From positions 10,203 to 74,202 of the forward strand of contig JAXHNK010000004.1 in assembly GCA_034520505.1 (NCBI GenBank): a DNA stretch of 64,000 nucleotides, given 5' to 3'. Position 1 is the stretch's first letter; each line of letters begins with the position of its first letter. Both the position numbers and the translations under genes were made by a program. The stretch is from Anaerolineales bacterium (GTDB lineage Bacteria > Chloroflexota > Anaerolineae > Anaerolineales > UBA11858). Shown here one piece after another: positions 58,648-64,000 of the stretch. Under the pieces are notes generated by a model. That model had not been told where the DNA came from. It saw only the letters and a list, made by a program, of their open reading frames with translations, and made no database searches.

Positions 58648-59868
58648 ATGGCATTTAATCACCGGCTGAATAACATCCAGGGATCTCCAACCCTTGCCCT
58701 GAACGATAAAGCCCAGCAGCTGATCAGGCAGGGAAAAGATCTCATTCACCTGGGTATTGGAGAGCCGTTAAATCAATGCCCGGGACTGGCCGTCGAATAC
58801 GGAATCAAGAAGTTGAAGTCCGGGCAGGTCAAATACGGACCTACCGGCGGCGATCGCGATCTGAAAGAACAAATTCAACTTTATACGAAGACCCACTACG
58901 GACGAACCCCGGAACCAGATCAGATGATCGTTACCATGGGAGCAAAACAGTCCCTGGCCAATCTTTTATTCACTCTCCTCAACCCCGATGACGAAGTCAT
59001 CCTCCTCGCTCCCTACTGGGTCAGTTATCCCGAGATGGTCAAGTTGGCAGGAGGCACCCCCATTGTCGTTCAGCCCGAAGCCAACCTGGTTCCCGACCTG
59101 AAGGCGATCAAATCAGCTGTCACGCCTGCCACGAAAACGATCATCCTGAACAGCCCCAACAACCCCACGGGGGTAGTTTATCCGCCCCAGCTGATCGCGG
59201 CTGTGGTTGACTTCTGCGAAACCGAGGGCATCTACCTGATCATGGATGATATTTACCACCTGCTCGTCTTTGACGATCACTCCTGGGTGCCGGGTTATGT
59301 GTTTACCAATCAAAGCCTGCAGGACTCCAAGCTGATCGTGGTCAATGGAATCTCTAAATCTTATGGAATGACCGGGTTTCGTATTGGCTGGACAATTGCG
59401 CCCTCAAACATCATCCAGGCGATGAACACCATTCAGGGCCATACCACATCGGGCGCCTCTCCCCTGCTTCAGGAAGCAGCGCGGGGAGCACTAACCGGCG
59501 GCGAAAAAGGAATCCACAGCTTACAGCAGCATATCGCTCAAAACCGGGAGATTATCATCAGCGGGCTGAAGGAACTACCCGGGGTAAAAACTGTTGAACC
59601 CGGAGGCGCCTTTTATTGTTTCCCGGATTTCAGCGAACACAATCAGGACTCGTCCCAGCTGGCTGAATTCCTGCTGGAAAAAGCCTACCTGATAACTATT
59701 CCGGGGGCTGCTTTTGGAAGAGAGGGACATTTACGATTAAGTTACACTTGCACTCCAGACCAAGTACGGGAAAGCATCCGCCGGCTGCAGTGGGCCTTGA
59801 ACCGTGACGCACCGAAGACTATTCAAATTGGCGATCAAAAACTAACGGCCGATTGGAAAAGATTGTGA
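58648..59868 (+). CDS. Class I/II PLP-dependent aminotransferase (aspartate aminotransferase-like)
   Basis: GAKQSL, PYWVSY, NSPNNPTG, DDIY and SKSYGMTGFRIG motifs. Confidence 0.93.
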   Translation: MAFNHRLNNIQGSPTLALNDKAQQLIRQGKDLIHLGIGEPLNQCPGLAVEYGIKKLKSGQVKYGPTGGDRDLKEQIQLYTKTHYGRTPEPDQMIVTMGAKQSLANLLFTLLNPDDEVILLAPYWVSYPEMVKLAGGTPIVVQPEANLVPDLKAIKSAVTPATKTIILNSPNNPTGVVYPPQLIAAVVDFCETEGIYLIMDDIYHLLVFDDHSWVPGYVFTNQSLQDSKLIVVNGISKSYGMTGFRIGWTIAPSNIIQAMNTIQGHTTSGASPLLQEAARGALTGGEKGIHSLQQHIAQNREIIISGLKELPGVKTVEPGGAFYCFPDFSEHNQDSSQLAEFLLEKAYLITIPGAAFGREGHLRLSYTCTPDQVRESIRRLQWALNRDAPKTIQIGDQKLTADWKRL

Positions 59869-59877
59869 GGCTACTCT

Positions 59878-61512
59878 ATGAGTGACAGTCTATCACCAGC
59901 AGAAACCATCGCCCGGGCCCGAGAGAGCAAAAGGGGGCTGCAGCACCTCAAACCGGAAAAGCACGGGCGGATCTACTGGAACTTACCCCCAGAAGCCTAC
60001 GTGGAGGAGGCATTGTTCCGCCGGGAAGGTCTACTGGCCAGAAACGGACCACTGCTTGTCCGCTCGGGTGAGCACACGGCCCGGGCTGCTAATGACAAAT
60101 TTATCGTCCAGGAAGAAACCTCCCAGGATGATGTCTCCTGGGGAGAATATAACGTACCCTATCCAGAAGAAAACTTCCAGGGAATATTTGAGCGCCTGAA
60201 AACCTACCTGGAAGGAAAAGATCTCTTCATCCAGGATGGATTTGCCGGGGCCACAGCAGCCCACCGCCTGCCGGTGCGGATCATCACCACCCAGGCCTGG
60301 CAGGGCTTATTCTCCCAGAACATGTTCATCACCCCGGAAACACAGGCCGGTTACCGGGAGCTGGAACCGGAATTTACGGTGATCTCTGTCCCGGAATTTA
60401 AAGGCGACCCGGTTCGGGATGCGCTCAACAGTGAAACTTTTATCCTGCTCAATTTCAAAGAAAAATTGGTGCTGATCGGGAACACCGCCTACGGGGGAGA
60501 AATCAAAAAGTCTGTCTTTACCGCGATGAATTATTACCTGCCCAAAAAGGGCGTGCTCTCCATGCACTGTTCAGCGAACGTGAGCGCAGAGGGAGATTCT
60601 GCGCTCTTTTTCGGCCTTTCCGGGACAGGTAAGACTACGCTTTCCGCTGACCCCAAACGAAAATTGATAGGCGACGATGAACACGGCTGGGACGAGGAGG
60701 GAATTTTCAATTTTGAGGACGGTTCTTACGCGAAAGTCATCAACCTTTCTCAGGATGACGAACCGGATATATACGCCTGCACCCATTCTTTTGGAACCTT
60801 ACTGGAAAACGTGATCCACGATCCGCTTACCAGGGAAATTGACCTCTTTGATGACACCATCACCAGAAACACCAGGGCGTCCTATCCCTTAGACTGTATT
60901 GAGTACGCCCTCCCCGAAAAATGCGGGGATCATCCCCGGCATATTGTTTTTCTCACGTTTGATGCTTCCGGCGTGATGCCCCCGCTCGCCCGGCTCTCCC
61001 CCAATCAGGCCCTCTATCACTTTATTTCCGGTTACACTTCCAAGGTGGGAGGAACCGAAGCGGGTGTCGGAGATCAGCCGGAAGTAACCTTCAGCGCCTG
61101 CTTCGGGGCCCCTTTTATGGTTTTCCATCCGGCAAAATATGCTGAGCTGCTTAAAGAAAAAATTAACCGCCACCGGGTCCAGACCTGGTTGATCAACACC
61201 GGTCTAATTGGCGGACCACCAGGAACAGGAGAGCGGATCAGCATCCAGTACACCCGGGCGCTGCTCACCGCGGCCCTGAACGGCAGCCTGGATCAGGTTT
61301 CTTGCTCCCGGGATCCCTACTTTGGATTTGAGGTTCCCGACCGCTGTCCCGGCGTTCCCCCGGAAATCCTCCAGCCTAAAACGCTCTGGGAGGATGATGA
61401 AGCCTATAATCAGCATTACCGGTCTCTGGTTGCCAAGTTTATTGAAAATTTCCAGCGCTACCAGGATGGTGTCCCGGCTGAAGTGAAAGCAGCCGGTCCC
61501 CGTCTGAAATAA
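59878..61512 (+). CDS. pckA: Phosphoenolpyruvate carboxykinase (ATP)
   Basis: GEIKKS, MHCSAN, FFGLSGTGKTTLS, LIGDDEHGW and FSACFGAPF motifs. Confidence 0.97.
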   Translation: MSDSLSPAETIARARESKRGLQHLKPEKHGRIYWNLPPEAYVEEALFRREGLLARNGPLLVRSGEHTARAANDKFIVQEETSQDDVSWGEYNVPYPEENFQGIFERLKTYLEGKDLFIQDGFAGATAAHRLPVRIITTQAWQGLFSQNMFITPETQAGYRELEPEFTVISVPEFKGDPVRDALNSETFILLNFKEKLVLIGNTAYGGEIKKSVFTAMNYYLPKKGVLSMHCSANVSAEGDSALFFGLSGTGKTTLSADPKRKLIGDDEHGWDEEGIFNFEDGSYAKVINLSQDDEPDIYACTHSFGTLLENVIHDPLTREIDLFDDTITRNTRASYPLDCIEYALPEKCGDHPRHIVFLTFDASGVMPPLARLSPNQALYHFISGYTSKVGGTEAGVGDQPEVTFSACFGAPFMVFHPAKYAELLKEKINRHRVQTWLINTGLIGGPPGTGERISIQYTRALLTAALNGSLDQVSCSRDPYFGFEVPDRCPGVPPEILQPKTLWEDDEAYNQHYRSLVAKFIENFQRYQDGVPAEVKAAGPRLK

Positions 61513-61607
61513 TTCCTCCAGCAGAAAAACCAAAACAGCAGGCTGATGATCAAACCATCATCCAGCTGTCTGTGTCTTATACTGTACCAGTCTGCTCCGG
61601 AAACCTT

Positions 61608-62927
61608 TCAGGCAGTCACCAGATAAGGTTTATACTTGGCAAGATGTCTGAGCGGGACCCGCCCCTGAATGACCACCCCCTGATATTTGTTTTCTACCTG
61701 CTCCACCCGGCCTTCTTCGTGAAACAAAGATATCAAACTGCCTTTGTTATAGGGGATTTCTACATGCACCGGCTCGTAGGATTCATAAAGCCGTTCCTTG
61801 ACCAATTCCAGCAGTTTATCTATTCCCGTCCCTTTCAAAGCGGAAACGGCTACGGCATTGGGAAAAGAATCCAGAGAATCAATTGCCTTCTGGGGATTCT
61901 TCATCCGGTCAATCTTATTTAACACCGGAATCATGGGGATATCATCCGCGTTAATCTCGCTCAAAGTCTGGTGAACTGCTTCAGCTTGAGCATAGACCTG
62001 GGGATGGGATATATCAATCACGTGGAGCAGGAGATCAGCCTCGGCAATTTCTTCCAAAGTCGCCCGGAAAGCCGCTACCAGATTCGTGGGTAACTTCTGG
62101 ATGAACCCCACGGTATCAGTGAACAACGCCTGCGAACCATCTTCCAACTCAACCCGGCGTGTGGTTGGATCCAGGGTCGCAAACAGCTTATTGGCCACAT
62201 AGACATTTGCTTCAGTCAGCTGGTTCAGCAGGGTAGATTTTCCCGCGTTGGTATAACCAACCAGAGAAACTACCGGAATCCGGGATTCTTTGCGCCGTGA
62301 TCGATAACGCTGCCTGTGAGCCCGGACCTTTTCCAGCTCCTCTTTTAAATGACTGATTTTTCTGCCGATTTCCCGCCGGTCTACCTCCAGTTGTGTTTCC
62401 CCGGGACCCCGTAAGCCCACTCCGGCTGTGCCGCCAGTTCTGCCTCCACCCCCTCCAGCCTGCCGGACCAGGTGGGTCCAGGCCTTTGTCAGACGGGGAA
62501 GCCGGTATTCATACTGGGCAAGTTCGACCTGCAAAGCGCCTTCTCTTGTGTGAGCGTGCTGGGCGAAAATATCCAGGATCAAAGCCGTGCGGTCCAGCAC
62601 CCGTACGCTGTCCCCGATAATCTCCTCCAGCTCCCGCTGGTGGCGGGGGGACAGTTCATCATCAAAAAGAATCACATCCGCTTCTAACTCTTCAGCAAGC
62701 GCTTTAACTTCTTTCACTTTTCCGGAACCAATAAACGTTTTGGGGTCAGGGTTGCTCAATTTCTGAGTGATCTGACCAACAACTTGGAATCCTGCTGTAT
62801 CGGCCAGGCGCCTGAGTTCGGCGAGGGAATATTCCAAAGCCAGCAGCTTATCGTCCTGAAAAAGGTCCACCCCAACTAATAACGCCCGGTCTGTTTTTAA
62901 CCTCTGGGTTTTTTTAGTTTCTACCAT
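61608..62927 (-). CDS. hflX: GTPase HflX
   Basis: ILDIFAQHA, GPGETQLE, GYTNAGKS, FATLDPT, DTVGF and NKID motifs. Confidence 0.97.
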   Translation of the reverse strand: MVETKKTQRLKTDRALLVGVDLFQDDKLLALEYSLAELRRLADTAGFQVVGQITQKLSNPDPKTFIGSGKVKEVKALAEELEADVILFDDELSPRHQRELEEIIGDSVRVLDRTALILDIFAQHAHTREGALQVELAQYEYRLPRLTKAWTHLVRQAGGGGGRTGGTAGVGLRGPGETQLEVDRREIGRKISHLKEELEKVRAHRQRYRSRRKESRIPVVSLVGYTNAGKSTLLNQLTEANVYVANKLFATLDPTTRRVELEDGSQALFTDTVGFIQKLPTNLVAAFRATLEEIAEADLLLHVIDISHPQVYAQAEAVHQTLSEINADDIPMIPVLNKIDRMKNPQKAIDSLDSFPNAVAVSALKGTGIDKLLELVKERLYESYEPVHVEIPYNKGSLISLFHEEGRVEQVENKYQGVVIQGRVPLRHLAKYKPYLVTA

Positions 62928-63039
62928 CAAGTTTATCCATTTCCTCCGGTAACATTTCTTTTGTAACTTCTGTTCAGCAAACTCCAGCTAGTTTAAGTGT
63001 ATAACAGGGACCCAGTTTTGCCAATCCTTCCCTTCCTGT

Positions 63040-63939
63040 CTATCTGTTTACTAACCAATGGAGCAGCGTATCTCCCACAATTTGCAAGCTGTCCGCGGAG
63101 ACTTTATCTACAGTATCATCGGTCGTATGCCAGTAGGGATAATCAAAATCAATAATATCCACAGCGGGAATTCGGGCCTTGAGGAAAGGCGTATGATCAT
63201 CCACTATGCTGTATTTAGGCCGGGGGATAAACACATGGTCGTAACCTAACTCCGCAGCGGATTTCCAGATCTCATCCGTCAACCAGGCTGTGGAAGTTTT
63301 TTCTTGATAAATTTGCAGGTCGCGATCCCCGATCATATCCACGATAACAGCGACCTCCGGCTCTGGATCAACCGCCTCGGCATAAGCTTGAGATCCCAGG
63401 ATCCAGTCCCAATCTTCAATTCCCCCATTATCTTCGCCGTCAAAAAAAACAAATGTAACGCTCCCCCGCAAATCCTCCGGCAGCACCCGTGCCAGCTCCA
63501 GGAGGACGGCTACTCCCGAGGCACCGTCATTCGCCCCCGGGACGGGTTTCATCCGGTTTTCTACCAGCGGGTCTTGGTCGGCGTAAATCCTGGTATCGTA
63601 GTGTGCCCCGAGCAGGATTCCCCCCTGCTTGCCGTCCGCGGTCCCTATGATATTGAACAGTGGATGACCGAGCCGCGAGGCACTCTGGATTTGCACATCC
63701 CATCCAGCCAGGATCAATTCCTCACTGATCAGCTGGCGCACCCGGGCGTGACCCTCAGTATTCGGAATCCGGGGTCCCAATTCCACCTGGGCCTGGACGT
63801 CCCCCAGTGCCCGTTCCCCGTCAAACTTACCTTCTACATTGAGAAACTTTCCTGTATTTAAGCCGCACCCAGCAGCTGTCCAGGTGATAAAGAAGATAAG
63901 GATCAGTATTCTAATCCGAAAATGTTTAGAAGAAGTCAT
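63040..63939 (-). CDS. M28-family peptidase / glutaminyl-cyclase-like lipoprotein
   Basis: Lipobox AAGC; GAHYDTR, GANDGASG, FDGED, DMIGD, DDH and WHT motifs. Confidence 0.9.
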   Translation of the reverse strand: MTSSKHFRIRILILIFFITWTAAGCGLNTGKFLNVEGKFDGERALGDVQAQVELGPRIPNTEGHARVRQLISEELILAGWDVQIQSASRLGHPLFNIIGTADGKQGGILLGAHYDTRIYADQDPLVENRMKPVPGANDGASGVAVLLELARVLPEDLRGSVTFVFFDGEDNGGIEDWDWILGSQAYAEAVDPEPEVAVIVDMIGDRDLQIYQEKTSTAWLTDEIWKSAAELGYDHVFIPRPKYSIVDDHTPFLKARIPAVDIIDFDYPYWHTTDDTVDKVSADSLQIVGDTLLHWLVNR

Positions 63940-63962
63940 TAACTCCTGGACTGAAATCCTTT

Positions 63963-63978
63963 ATTGCCTATACGCAAT
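63963..63978 (-). repeat. Dispersed 16-bp motif, copy 5 (ATTGCGTATAGGCAAT on minus strand; most symmetric copy)
   Basis: Plus strand ATTGCCTATACGCAAT is self-complementary except at one pair; upstream of the M28 gene. Confidence 0.75.
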
Positions 63979-64000
63979 TTTAACCGTAAATTCACACTTT

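Overview
Gene-dense chromosomal segment from a probable Chloroflexota (Anaerolineae-like) bacterium; the taxon is inferred from gene content only. It holds about 50 CDS, one tRNA-Leu(TAG) and several gene remnants. No rRNA, CRISPR array, IS or prophage was seen. Housekeeping genes include gap, pgk, recJ (two copies), scpA, trxA, mgtE, rlmN, clpP, tig, secDF, murA, pckA and hflX, alongside a Tad minor-pilin cluster. The main unexplained signal is that the window looks like the replication terminus. (1) The + strand changes from G-rich to C-rich at about 28.7-30 kb. (2) A lone Xer-like tyrosine recombinase has a dif-like 11-6-11 site in its own leader (44633-44660). (3) A 16-bp pseudo-palindrome, ATTGCGYATAG(GCAAT), occurs in five intergenic positions and reverses orientation across the recombinase. 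One copy lies at the skew switch, next to scpA. Together these suggest an undescribed terminus-organising or fork-trap system. A second candidate system is an operon encoding an inactive UvrD-like subunit, an active UvrD helicase, a stand-alone Fe-S PD-(D/E)XK nuclease and a long RecJ, resembling a split AdnAB/AddAB end-resection machine.
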